In this document: positions 10,472 through 22,343 of the stretch, in pieces
How positions within the stretch are numbered: the stretch's first letter is position 1
How the letters are laid out: each line of letters begins with the position of its first letter
Source: Torpedo marmorata
Taxonomy: Eukaryota
Assembly (NCBI GenBank): GCA_977017645.1
Contig: OZ360238.1
Span: 70,370,001 to 70,434,000, forward strand
Direction of reading: 5' to 3'
Length of the DNA stretch: 64,000 nt
The notes under the pieces: model-generated
Database searches by the model: none
What the model saw: only the letters and a program-made list of their open reading frames with translations
What the model was told of the DNA's origin: nothing
Position numbers and translations under genes: made by a program

Positions 10472-13298
10472 AGAATCAGAACTTATTGTCATGAACAAGT
10501 CATGAAATTCAGTGTTTTGCGGCAGCATCATAGTGCAAACATTCATATAACCATCTTATGACATTACTATAAAAAATATATAAATAATAGTGCACTTGTC
10601 TTTGGTTCATTGATTATTCAGGAATCTGATGGCAGCGGGGAAGAAGCTGTCCTTGTGCCGTTGAGTGCTCGTCTTTAGGCTCCTGTACCTTTTTCCCGAT
10701 GGTAGCAGAGTGAAGAGGGCATGGCCTGGGTGGTTGGGGTCTTTGAGGATAGAGGCTGCTTTTTTAAGACACCGCCTCATGTAGATGTCCTCGATGGAGT
10801 GAAGTCTGGTGCCTGTGATGTCACAGGCCAAGTTAACAACCCTCTGGAGTTTATTCTTGTCCTGAGAGTTGGCGCCTCCATACCAGGCAGTGATGCAACC
10901 AGCCAGAATGCTCTCCACGGTATACCTGTAGAAGCTTACGAGAGTCTTCGGTGACATACCGAATCTCCTCAGACACCTCACAAAGTATAGCCGCTGGCAA
11001 GCCTTCTTTGTAATTGCATCAACATGGAGGCTCCAGGACAGATCCTCGGAGATGTTGACACCCAGGAATTTGAAGTTCTTGACCCTCTCCACTACTGAGC
11101 CCTCGATGAGGACTGGGTCATGTTCCCCTGACTTCCTCCTGAAGTCCACAATCATCTCCTTGGTTTTGCTGACGTTGTGCTCAAGGTTGTTGTCGTTACA
11201 CCATTCAACGAGCTGATCTATCTCCCTCCTGTACGCTTCCTCATTTCCGTTTGTGATTCTGCCGACAACTGTGGTGTCATCGGCAAACTTGTAGATTGTA
11301 GCGCGATCAATGACCACTCGCAGACACGAAGAAAATGATCAAAGGCTTTATTGATCAGAAAGTTCGAGCATGCCTCTACATGCTGCTGGCTCACGTCCAA
11401 GGCAGGTATAGGGGAGGAGACTATGGCTCTCAGCCTTTGTTAGGGGATGTAGTGGGGAGGGGCTACAGGTTAGCCCGGTGAGCCAGTGAGGACATGCCTG
11501 GACATGCACGCAGTTCCGCATTCCACTACATTCACCCCTCCTTTTTTTAATGTAGTCCGGCGGGGTGAAGCGGGGCAATGTCCATACAATTCATAGTCTC
11601 ATAGGTTCAGCTGTATCTTCGCATCAAGCTGAGCGGTGTCGTATTCGACCTGCTGGCTGTCAGAGGGCTGAACTGTTTCCGTGTGTCCCGGGTCCGAAGG
11701 GGGAGGTGAATTTATTGGTAAGAGTGGGGGGAACACACAAGTGGGGAAACACTTGGGGGGCCATCTTGGGGGTGGGATCCCCATTTCATTTGTCAGGGTG
11801 ATCCCTGGGGCCGACTGGTCGCTGCCTGGGGATATCGGGTGCACCTCCCGTGCTGGGGCTCCCGCTCGCGCCAGATCCCGGATGGACACTGTACATGCTG
11901 ATGGCTCACGTCCAAGGCAGGAATAGGGGAGGAGACGAGGGCTCTCAGCCTTTATTAGGGGATGTAATGGGGAGGGGCTACAGGTTAGCCCGGTGAACCA
12001 GTGAGGACATGCCCGGACATGCCCGCAGTACCGCGTTCCACCACATTGATGGCATTGGAATTGTGCCTGGTCACACAGTCATGGGTGTATAATGAATAGA
12101 GCAGTGGACTAAGCACGCATCCTTGGGGTGTGCCTGTGTTGATAATCAATGAGGAGGAAACGTTGTTTCCAATTCGTACTGACTGTGGTCTTCCGATGAG
12201 AAAGTCAAGGATCCAGTTGCAGAGAGGCGTACAGAGGCCTAGAGTTTGTAGCTTCTTGACCAGCACTGAGGGAATAATGGTATTGAAGGCCGAGCTGTAG
12301 TCGATGAAGAGCAGCCGTATGTATGAATTACTGATTTCGAGGTGATCCAGAGCTGAGTGGAGAGCCAGCGATATTGCATCTGCTGTGGAGCGATTGTGAC
12401 GATAGGCGAATTGCAGTGGGTTCAGATCTTTGCTTACTTACTTGTTAATTCTGGCCATGACCAGCCTCTCAAAGCATTTCATCACAGTAGAAGTTAGTGC
12501 TACTGGGCGGTAGTTGTTGAGACAGCCCACACTACTCTTCTTGGGTACCGGGATGATTGATGCCCTTTTGAAGCAGGTGCGAACCTCTGACTGCCGCAAT
12601 GAGAGGTTGAAAATGTCCGTGAACACTCCGGCTAGTTGGTTGGCACAGATTTTCAGTACCCTGCCAGGTACGCCGTCAGGGCCTGACGCCTTGTGAGGGT
12701 TCACCCTCTTGAATGATGTTCTGACGTCGCCCTCAGAGACAGATGTCACAGGGTCCTCAGCCTTTTCAGGGATTCTAGTAGGCACTGTTTGGTTCTTCTT
12801 CTCAAAGCGGGCATAGAAGATGTTCAGCTCATCGGGTAGCGAAGTATTACAGCCATCTATAGTGTTCGCCCTTGCTTTGTAGGCTGCAATGGCCTGCACT
12901 CCCTGCCATAGCTGGCGTATATCTGTCTCTGTCTCTAGCTTCCTCCGGAATTGCCACTTTGCTTCAGAGGTGGCCTTCCGCAGGTCGTGCCTTGACTTCT
13001 TGTAAAGATCCCGGTCCCCAACCTTAAACGCCTTTGTTCTCGCCCTCAGCAGGTTGCAAATTCTCTGATTCATCCAGGGCTTCTGGTTGGGGAACACCCG
13101 GTATTTGCGCGTTGGCACACACTCATCCACGCAGGTCTTGATGAAGTCGGTGACACCTGTTGTATATTCATTTAGGTCTATAGATGAGTTCTTGAATATG
13201 TTCCAGTGCACCGATTCAAAGCAGTCCTGCAGACGCTCCTCCGCCCCCCTTGACCATACTTTCGCCATCCTCACCACTGGTGCTGTGGTCTTCAGTCT
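10472..13298 (-). mobile_element. 5'-truncated Rex1/Babar-type LINE split by a small LTR element
   Basis: ORFs 12438-13322, 11985-12266 and 10607-11317 (FADD RT). ATTCT-type tail. Closely similar to 59637-61724. Confidence 0.92.
11297..12045 (-). mobile_element. Internally deleted Gypsy LTR element (749 bp), same lineage as 22759-27291
   Basis: Complete 3' LTR at 11297-11530 and partial 5' LTR at 11892-12045. PPT AAAAAAGGAGGGGTGAA is shared with the 22759 element; integrase tail TVSIRDLA; TSD TAGAT/TTGAT. The empty site is visible in the Rex1 copy near 60479. Confidence 0.9.
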
Positions 13299-13550
13299 AT
13301 TATTTGCACTAATCCTTTGCATTATTTTAAATTTTCGATGTTAGTAATGAGGCTCCCTCTATAAAGTGCTGATGGAAAGCACTCATTAATGGGATTACTA
13401 ACTAACGGTATCACCCTGCATTGCACATTCATGAACCATAATGAGATAAGGTGTCTTTCAATGAACCATGGAATTACTTCTAAATTTGCCTTTGTAATGA
13501 AGGCAAATAGCAGGCTATGTTTTCCACATTTGTGCAAATAATTGAGCAAT

Positions 13551-13850
13551 CATAGACTGAGAGGTCATGGAATCCTGCAGCACAGAAAGAGGCTTTTCAG
13601 CTGCTATGTCCATGCCAACCTTCAAGTACCTGTCTATATTTGTTCCATTTCAATACACCTAATCTGTTGCCTTTGAGTCTATGGTGATTCAAATGTGTGC
13701 CTAAGTATGCCTTAAACTTTGTGAGAGTACCTACCTCTATCATCCATTCAAGCAGATTCCAATCATCCTCTGGATCTTCCTCAGAGCCTCTCTAAATATG
13801 CTACCTCTTTCCCTAAACCTATGGCCTCTAATTTTTGATGTTTATTATGG
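13551..13850 (-). mobile_element. Degenerate CR1 3' end
   Basis: Resembles the reverse complement of the CR1 3' region seen at 8762-9405 and 51123-51669. Confidence 0.55.
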
Positions 13851-14571
13851 GCAAAGATTTTCAATAATCTCCCCTCCCTGTCAGTTTGTTAAATACAGTG
13901 AATCTGCTCAATATGTCCCCCAATTTATTTTAGATATTTCCATGAATCGTATGCAGAACTACCGGAAAGAGATTTGTGTGTAACTTTGCTTGCAAGGCCT
14001 GACTATTCCATTTGATGTTTTGCTCCCTGTGATTGTTTGAATATTGCTGCCAGGCCATTATTTACAAAGTAAGTGTATGGCTATTTCAATGTGCCTTCCC
14101 AGGTGCTAACATTTTGCCACTATTGATGATTCACATCCTCTCTTGCTAGTAATTTATGGATCACTGTGCTGGCCCTTACTAAGTTTGGCATATTGAAATA
14201 TATGGCACAACACTGAGACAAATCTTCTTTGCTGTGTGAATTAACTCTTTTTTGTTGCTGTTTTAGTGTTTTTTTTACAGAATTGCTTCCCTTTTTGCAA
14301 ATAAATGTGTGGGCTCGACACAAATGAAAACATCACTCATCTTGCTGTAAAGAAGATTATAATCCAAAGTTTATTATGTGATAGAAATGCTGGCTTCATT
14401 TTTATTACTTTACATGTGTCACAGCTCTTCAGAAAATCCCATTGGTTCACATTGTCATAATCATTTTGAATTTAGCCTCTTTATTGTCATGTTTCAGTTT
14501 AAGATACACCATGATAGTTAAGGCTTAATTATTTGCTTTGTCTGTACACTGAACAATGAGTGAAAATCTGT

Positions 14572-15416
14572 AATGGCGGCGCTGCCGGAGCCGCTGTAAC
14601 GGCAGCGCTGCTGCTGGTGCGGACTCGCGGGGAGCGAGGAGCGGAGATACAGCGCTCCCGCGGGGTCCAGCCGCCCAGTCGACTGCCGTCGGCTCCGCAC
14701 AGGCTTTGAACGGCCCGTTAAAGGAGCCGACGGTGGTTTTATTTAAGATCCCACGACTGCGGGGTCTGCGCCCAAGATGGCAGCGCCTATTAGTCGGCAG
14801 CAGCCACGAGGGGCTGCAGACTCTGGGGAAGCGGAGGACTGGAGCAGGGCACCAGAGGACGGGAAGATCACCCCCATCTGAGAAGGAGAAGCGGAGGAGA
14901 CGACCCACGGGATGGTGACCAGGGCGGCGGACCGGTGAGGGGATCTGAGGCTGAAGCACCAGTGCATGAGGCAGGCTGCTGGCGACTCAAGGCGAGGAAC
15001 CCATGGAGGCTGTGGGCTGCTGGAGACTGCTGTCAGGGGACTCACGCTGGGCTGTGGACTGCTGGAGGATGGCTCGAACTGGCTGGAGGAGTACCAGGTA
15101 TCGGAACCGGGATGCGAGGGGATGCCGAGGGCGACCTGACCGTGTTGGAGGTTCGGATCTGGAGCTCGGATTGCGGATGGTTTGGACTGGAGTTTCTGTG
15201 GCTGCGGAGGCTGCGGAAGCGCTGGAGGCGAATCTACGGACACTCAGTGACTCTGGGGGGACTCTCTTTTGCTTCTCTTTCTCTGACTGTAAGGAATGTT
15301 AGAGGCGCTTAGGCAATTTTTGCCGGTGGCGAATCTGTCTGCCTTGCAGCAGGCAAAAAGAAATTTCATGGAATATGACACTGTCTTATTACTATGACAA
15401 TAAATTGAATCTTGAA
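14572..15416 (+). mobile_element. GC/CpG-rich non-coding retroposon with a LINE-type AATAAA(TTGAATC)n tail
   Basis: Abrupt GC-rich island starting AATGGCGGCG. Its 3' ~105 bp recurs in reverse at 63873-63989 with three TCAAGAT repeats. No recognisable protein. Confidence 0.7.
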
Positions 15417-16889
15417 AATGATAGGATCTGATTGATTGGTGCAGTGCACATCAAAGCCTCACAAAAGCTTATATCCTCTAACAAATATAGCTCAGTACTC
15501 TGTGCAACAGATCTACCATTAAATCACCATTTAATCTATTTAGAAATGGTCAAGTTGATCCAGCAATTTTATTAAAGAGGCTCCAAGCAAATGTCTTTCA
15601 TTCTCCAAATACAGCATGAAATGAAAGAGAGAATTCCTTATGATCAGAATAAACCCATTTATATAAATGTAGAAAACATAGAGAAGTGTGTTTAAAATAA
15701 AACACCCCCTCCCCATTCATGAGCAGATACTTACATATTGGTGACTTGAACCTTAAGAATTTCAGGAAAGCAATGGGAATCTGCCCATGAGTTACACAAA
15801 CATACACAGAATCTTTAGGATTTCTGTATCAACAGACTTAGTCTGCTTTTGGACTGAGTTCCTCATCTCAACCAAAACTGTAGCAGCCAAGCATAAAATC
15901 AATTAAATCAAACTCACTGTTTTGTACAGAATGGTGCCATTGGATTGCTTATCTTCTGAGCACATAAGGCCCAGTGATTGCATTGTAGTGGTATAGCTGC
16001 CTCTGAGACTGAATGCTGCCAAGCAGGTTTCAGATACAGATGCCCATTAATAGTACATGTAGCAAAATAACTATTGATAGATGTTATTCTGGTGCATAAC
16101 ATAATTAAAATAGTATTTAATTTTCAGATTTGGTATTAATTATCAAATTATAATTTCCAGAATGACAAATATTCTTGTCACTGTTGACATATAATTAAAC
16201 TCAAAGGTTTGCAGTGAAGAAAACATCAAGACTTCTTAAAATCTGTTTGCAACTATGTTGTTTTTGATGTGTTTTTCATGAAGCAATAAAGAATGAATCT
16301 ACTTTTTTTATATTTGGTGCAGTTTTGATGATAACTTTGTCAGCCTTCTCAGCAGAAACTACAGTACGACCTTAGATTTCTTCAACAGAAATCTTGGTGG
16401 CAATATTAATATGAAAGCAGCTTGCACATTTACAACACAGAATATGGAATAGTGGACCAGTCCAACAAAGTTTAAATTCATCAACATATTCTATTTCTTA
16501 GGAATAATTTTAATTTAACAATTCCATAAAAACTAATATTCAATCATTTAAAATTTTAATTTCCAAATTGCTTCCACAAATTTTAGCGAAGCTATTGAAT
16601 TCTCTGCTCCTGCTGCCAGAATGTCAATCACGTCTCAGAACTATCTAAGCTGTTTATTTGATGAAATCTAGTATCTGCATGCTTTGACATAAATGTCCTC
16701 ACCACATCTGGGGCCCAAAATGAGTCAGTACTTTATCTTGGCTTAACTGATGTCTTATGTAATTCATCATTATTTCTTAACTCTTGTAAGGTATGCCTAC
16801 TTACAAGACACAAATTCAAACAGGTCTTCTTACATATATTAAATAAAAGCTTTCTACAGGAGCTCTATTGAGAGTATCCAGGCCAACTT

Positions 16890-17697
16890 CATCCCTCGTG
16901 AACTCATCCCTCCCCACCAATCCCCCCCCCCACCCCGGCACCTTTCCCTGTGGCCGCAGGAGGCGCCACATTTGCGCCTACACCTCCTCCCTCACCACGG
17001 TCCGGGGCCCCAAACAGGCCTTTCAAGTAAAGCAACACTTCACTTGTGTATCCGCAGGACTGATTTACTGCATCCGGTGCTCCCTTTGTGGTCTTCTTTA
17101 CATCGGAGAGACTGGGCACAGATTGGGAGATCGCTTCGCTGAGCACCTTCGTTCCGTCCGCACCAGTAACAGAGACCTCCCAGTAGCCAACCATTTCAGT
17201 TCTGTGTCACACTCCCACACTCACATGTCTGTCCATGGCCTTATGTACTATCCCACCAATACCAGCCGCAAATTGGAGGAACAACACCTGATTTTCCGTC
17301 TGGGCACTCTCCAGACAGATGGCATTAACATCAACTTTTCTGTTTTTTGCTAACCTGCTCTCCTCTTCCCCCTCCCCCCTTCCCTTCCCCTTTCCAGTTC
17401 TCCTCCCTCCTTCCCCCTCCCTTCACCTCACCAACCCTCCTCCCCTTGATCGCTGCTGTCCCCTCCCTCCCTTCTCCACCTATCACCTCCTGCATTTGCG
17501 ACCACCCCTCTCCCCCCTACTCATTTGTTCGGGCGCCTGCCGACATTTTTCCATACCTTGATGAAGGGCTCAAGCCCGAAACGTCGGTTATGTATTTTTA
17601 CCTTTGCTATATAAAGGACACTGCTTGACCTGCTGAGTTTCTCCAGCCTTGTGTTTTTTACTTCAACCACGGTGTCTGCAGATTTTTGTGTTTTACT
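16890..17697 (+). mobile_element. Penelope-like element 3' part: GIY-YIG endonuclease plus pLTR
   Basis: ORF 16868-17353 contains LIYCIRC..YIGETG..R..EH and LEEQHLIFRLGTLQ.GIN, the GIY-YIG domain, followed by a C-rich tract and the terminal repeat. Confidence 0.93.
17553..17595 (+). ncRNA. Minimal hammerhead-ribozyme-like motif (U at core position 3) in the Penelope pLTR
   Basis: TTGATGA-A-GGGC-TCAA-GCCC-GAAA-C-GTCG-G-TT with weak flanking pairing ATAC/GTAT. Penelope-like elements are known to carry minimal hammerheads. Activity is not shown. Confidence 0.55.
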
Positions 17698-17771
17698 TCC
17701 ATCACAGTGTGGTACAGTTGCTGCAGAGATTTGGCTTGGAGGTTAATTCACAGGACTATAGGAGAGACAGA

Positions 17772-18134
17772 GGAGCTTTCACACTGAGATCCCAGTAAAT
17801 TGGCGTGTCAACGACCCGTGTTTAAAGACGGGTCGGGTCGGGTCGGATCGGAGCGTTCACACTGAACCAAAAAAAGCTGGTTCAGTGCGACCTTTTACAT
17901 AGGGACCCGGCATCCCGGTGCAAAAGGAGTTGGGACCTGCAGCATTACAGCGTTGGCATCCCGGGAAGGCAGGTAAGCCTTTTACACTGGAGCCGGCTCT
18001 GATACTACCTACCTTGGCGGGTAAGTACCGGGATGAAAATGACCCCCCATACCATGTTGGTCGTGTTCACACAGGTAAGTGAAACGGTAAAAAGGTGATT
18101 AAATACTGGCTTTCAGGGGCAGTGTGAAAGCACC
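17772..18134. mobile_element. MITE, probably PIF/Harbinger type
   Basis: 15-bp TIRs GGAGCTTTCACACTG and CAGTGTGAAAGCACC (1 mismatch), with repeated internal TTCACAC motifs. It interrupts a Rex1 remnant; the TSD is unclear. Confidence 0.75.
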
Positions 18135-19489
18135 AAGAGAATTTCACTGGAGTGTCCCTCCCCCTCCCCCTTCCACTAATCGATGTGATCTACCGGGATT
18201 GTTGTCTGAAGAGGGCGCACAAAATCGTTGAGGACACCTACCACCCCGCACACAACATCTTTCAGTTAATCCCGTTGGGAAAGAGATACAGGAGTATCAG
18301 AGCCAGTACCACCAGGCTGAGAAACAACTTCTTCCCACTGAGACTGCTGAACGACTAAAGAACTGCTCACACTAACCCTCCAAGACTCTACTATTTATTA
18401 AACAATATTATTTATTTTTATATGTAATTTGTTCTGCATATGTATCGCTTGTCTGTTTGTGTGTTATGTCTGGTTGTGTGTTTGCATGTTTTTGCACCGA
18501 GGACCAGAGAACGTTGTTTCGTCAGGTTGTACTTACGCAATCGGATGATAAATAAATAAACTCGAAATTGAAAAGCTGAAAAAATTCAGCAGGTCAGGCA
18601 GCAATTCTGGAGAGAAAAACAGACTTAAAATTTGACATCAGTGATCTTTCATTTAAAACTGGAAATAGTTGGAGATAAAACAATCCCTTCTGCAGATTCC
18701 CAGCAGTCTTAAATACTAACTGCTGAGAGATAAAAAGGCTAGCTGAGAACACATCATTGACTATTGTCATAACTGCATCAATTACATTTACCTTGTTGCC
18801 TCTTGACTAACTGACCAAATTATTCTCAAATTTACATTTCTATTAGGACATTTACAAATTTAGTTATGTGCATCTTCAGGGGTATTAATAATATACTTGA
18901 ACTGATCAATTAAAAGATTGCAGCAATTATTTTTAAGTACTCAATAATCAAGTAATATTTTTCATTAATTCATCACCATTGTTAACAGTGAAGCATGTTG
19001 CTATAAATAGGGATGTTGAATTAAAACATAGAATTGTTACTTATCTTATGGTGGTAGATTATGCCTGTCCGGAAATAAATGTTACTATTAGAATAATCTG
19101 TGTTGATTTGGCGTTCCAAGCTGTCAATACATCAGCAATTGGACATCGGTATAAAGGTTTATATTATGGACAAAGAAAGCTAGTGCCTGAGGCTACCAGG
19201 CTTTTACTTCAGGTCATTCTGAAGGAAGGGCACTGCACTGCCAATAAACCTTCAGCTGTTGTGTAGTTGAAATTGTTGCTTTATTAAGGGCAACCATGGA
19301 TCTTCAGGCAATAAAAGACCTTGACATGTGTTTGATGTAGTATGTAATGAAATAATATTAAAAATAGCACAATCTGATTAGCCACTAATATTATCATAAA
19401 ATGCCATGAATTTTAACTACCATGATTTAGTAGAATGATCAATAATCACATGTTTAGATATTTTTATACACATTTGGTATCTACAAAAA

Positions 19490-19632
19490 CAGGTTTTTTT
19501 TCTTACTGTATTGCACAGACAGTTTGTTTGCATTTGTTTATTTGTTTACATGTTCTTGTGTACAGTTTTTTTTGCACGACCAATAAGTGGCAATTCTGCC
19601 TTGCCCGCAGGAAAATAAATCTCAGGGTTGTT
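19490..19632 (+). mobile_element. Rex1/Babar 3' UTR fragment, continuing at 21239-21283 after the Tc1 insertion
   Basis: Collinear with 28650-28843; the Tc1 sits at the GGGTTGTA/TGTG position. Confidence 0.75.
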
Positions 19633-21238
19633 CAGTGCCCTCCATAATGTTTGGGACAAAGACACTTTTTTACTTTATTTGTCTCTGTGCTCCACAGTTT
19701 TACATTTGTAATCAAATAATTCACATGTAATTAAAGTGCGCATTCCAGATTTTATTCAAGGTTATTTGTATACATTTTGGTTTGACCGTGTACAAATTAC
19801 AGCACTTTTTATACATAGTCCCCTCATTTCAGGGCACCATAATGTTTGGGAAATTTGGCTTCACAGGTGTTTGTGAGTACTCAGGTATGTTTAATGTCTT
19901 CATTGGTGCAGGTATAAGAGAGCTAGGCTTGCTTCTAAGCTTTTGATCACCTTTGGAGTTTGTAGTTGTCATTTTTCAACATGAGGACCAGAGTTGTGCC
20001 AATGAAAGTCAAAAAAGCCATTAGGAGGCTGAAAAACCAGAATAAAACAGTAAGAGACATCGCCAAACTTTACGATTACCAAAATGAACAGTTTGGAACA
20101 TCATTAAGTAGAAAGAACGTACTGGTGAGCTCAGTAATCGCAAAAGAACTGGTATTCCAAGGAAGACCTCCACTGCTGATGACAGAAGAATTCTCATCAT
20201 AATGAAGAAAAATCCCCAAACGTATGTCCGACAGATCAGAAACATTCTTCAGGAGGCAGGTGTGGATATGTCAATGATTACTGTCCACAGAAGATTTCAT
20301 GAACAAAAATACAGAGGCTACACTGTAAGATGCAAACCATGGCAAAGGTGGTATGCTTTGGATCTTGGGGAGTTCCTTTACGCCTCCACACTTTGCTCTT
20401 ACCATCACTCTGATACAGGTTAATCTTGGTCTCATCTGTCCACAAGACCTTTTTCCAGAATTCTGCAGACTCTTTTAAATACTTCTTGGCAAACTGTAAT
20501 CCAGCCATCCTGTTTCTGTGGCAAACTAGTGGTTTGCATCTTGCAGTGTAGCCTCTGTATTTCTTTTCATGAAGTCTTCTGCAGACAGTAGTCATTGTCA
20601 CATCCACACCTGCCTCCTGAAGAGTGGTTCTGATCTGTTGGATGAACGCTTGGGTATTTTTCTTCATTATGATAAGAATTCCTCAGTCATCAGCAGTGGA
20701 GGTCTTCCTTAGAATACCAGTCCCTTTGCAATTACTGAGCTCACCAGTACGCTCTTTCTTCTTAATGATGTTCCAAACTGTTGATTTTGGCAATCTTAAG
20801 GTTTAGGTGATGTCTCTTACTGTTTTATTCTTCTTTTTCAGACTCATAATGGCTTCTTTGACTTTCATTGGCACAACTTTGGTCCTCATGATGAAAAATG
20901 ACAACTACAAACTCCAAAGGTGATCAAAAGCTTAGAAGCAAGCCGAGCTCTCCAATACCTGCACCAATGAAGCAATTAAACATACCTGAGTACTCACAAA
21001 CACCTGTGAAGCCAAATTTCCCAAACATTATGGTGCCCTGAAATGAGGGGACTATGTATAAAACATGCTGTAAATTCCACATGGACAAACCAAAATGTAT
21101 ACAAAGAACCTTGAATAAAAACTGAAATGTGCACTTTAATTACATGTGAATTGTTTGCCTACATATGTAAAAACTGTGGAGCACAGGGGCAAATAAAGGA
21201 AAAATGTGTCTTTGTCCTAAACATTATGGAGGGCACTG
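19633..21238. mobile_element. Fold-back Tc1/mariner element made of two inverted left ends
   Basis: Ends CAGTGCCCTCCATAATGTTTGGG and CCTAAACATTATGGAGGGCACTG, followed by TA. Both arms contain the transposase N-terminus (ORFs 19966-20423 plus, 20278-20667 minus, the latter reaching VLWTDETK). Inner repeats CCATAATGTTTGGG give an IR/DR layout. Confidence 0.93.
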
Positions 21239-21359
21239 TATGTGATGTTATGTATTACTCTGACAATAAATCTGCAATCTGAAGTTGCTGTCCGAGCAGA
21301 AATCATAGTCTTTCCTATTCCAATATAAATCCCCCTTGCCTTGCAGTTTTTTGTACTTT

Positions 21360-22343
21360 CCCAATTGTGCTCAACCCGCTCCTGGTCATACTACTGACCC
21401 ACAACTGCATCGCCAGATCCAGCCCCAAAATTGTCATCAAGTTTGCAGATGACATAACAGTAGTTGGCCTCATCAGCAACAATGATGAGTCGCACACAGA
21501 GAAGAGGTGGAAAATCTCATGAAATGGTGCAAGAGAAACAACCTGAGACTAAACATGGACAAGGCGAAGGAGATGATTGTGAACTTTAGGAGGACCAGGA
21601 ACAACCACCCTCTCCACTACACATTTTAATAACTCTGTAGTGGAGAGAGTGGAGAGAACCAAGTTCCTTGGAGTTCACTTAAATAGTGACCTATTGGGGA
21701 CTCTCAACATCATCTCACTTGTCAGGAAGGCGCAACAGCGACTGCACTTCCTGAGAAGACTGAAGCGGGCAAGGCTACCTGCAACCATTATGTCAACCTT
21801 CTATAGGAGCTCTATTGAGAATGTCCTGGCCAGTTGCATCACAGTGTGGTATGGTTGCTGCAGAGAAATGAATCGGAGGTCAATCCACAGGACCATAAGA
21901 GTGGCAGAGAGGAACACTGGATCTCCCCCCCCCACCACCCCATCGACGTGATCTACCGGGATCGTTGTCTGAAGAGGGCGCGCAAAATCATTGAGGACCC
22001 CTTCCACCCTGTGCACAGCATCTTTCAGCTGCTCCCATCGGGGAAGAGATGCAGGAGTATCAGAGCCAGCACCACCAGGCTGAGGAACAGCTTCTTCCCA
22101 TGGTCAGTAAAAATGCTGAACAACTAAAGGAACTGCTCACACTAAACATCCAAGACTCTCATTTGTACAAAACAACATTTATTTATTTATTTTTATAGAT
22201 AAAATACTTGTCCTGTATATGTATTATTTGTCTGTATGTGTGTTATGTCTGGTTGTGTGTCTGCATGTTTTGCACCGAGGACCAGAGAATGCTGCTTCAT
22301 TGGGTTGTACTTGTACAATCAGATGACAATAAACTTAACTTGA
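21360..22343 (+). mobile_element. Rex1/Babar-type LINE 3' fragment
   Basis: KFADD RT motif near 21440, ORFs 21640-21951 and 21834-22127, and an AATAAACTTAACTTGA tail. Confidence 0.88.

Larger units (their letters stand above)
16848..18572 (+). mobile_element. Rex1/Babar-type LINE 3' remnant split by a Penelope and a MITE
   Basis: Segments 16848-16889, 17698-17771 and 18135-18572 join collinearly with the copy at 21795-22343. Confidence 0.8.

Noticed and set aside
14518-15312. Several overlapping ORFs of 60-166 aa on both strands
   Set aside because: Expected from high GC content; there are no domain motifs and they lie inside a repeat-like element.
18979-19266. 95-aa plus-strand ORF and a possible minus-strand exon (LERQINTDYSNSNIYFRTG..) in unique DNA
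   Set aside because: No recognisable protein, a non-ATG start and weak splice signals.
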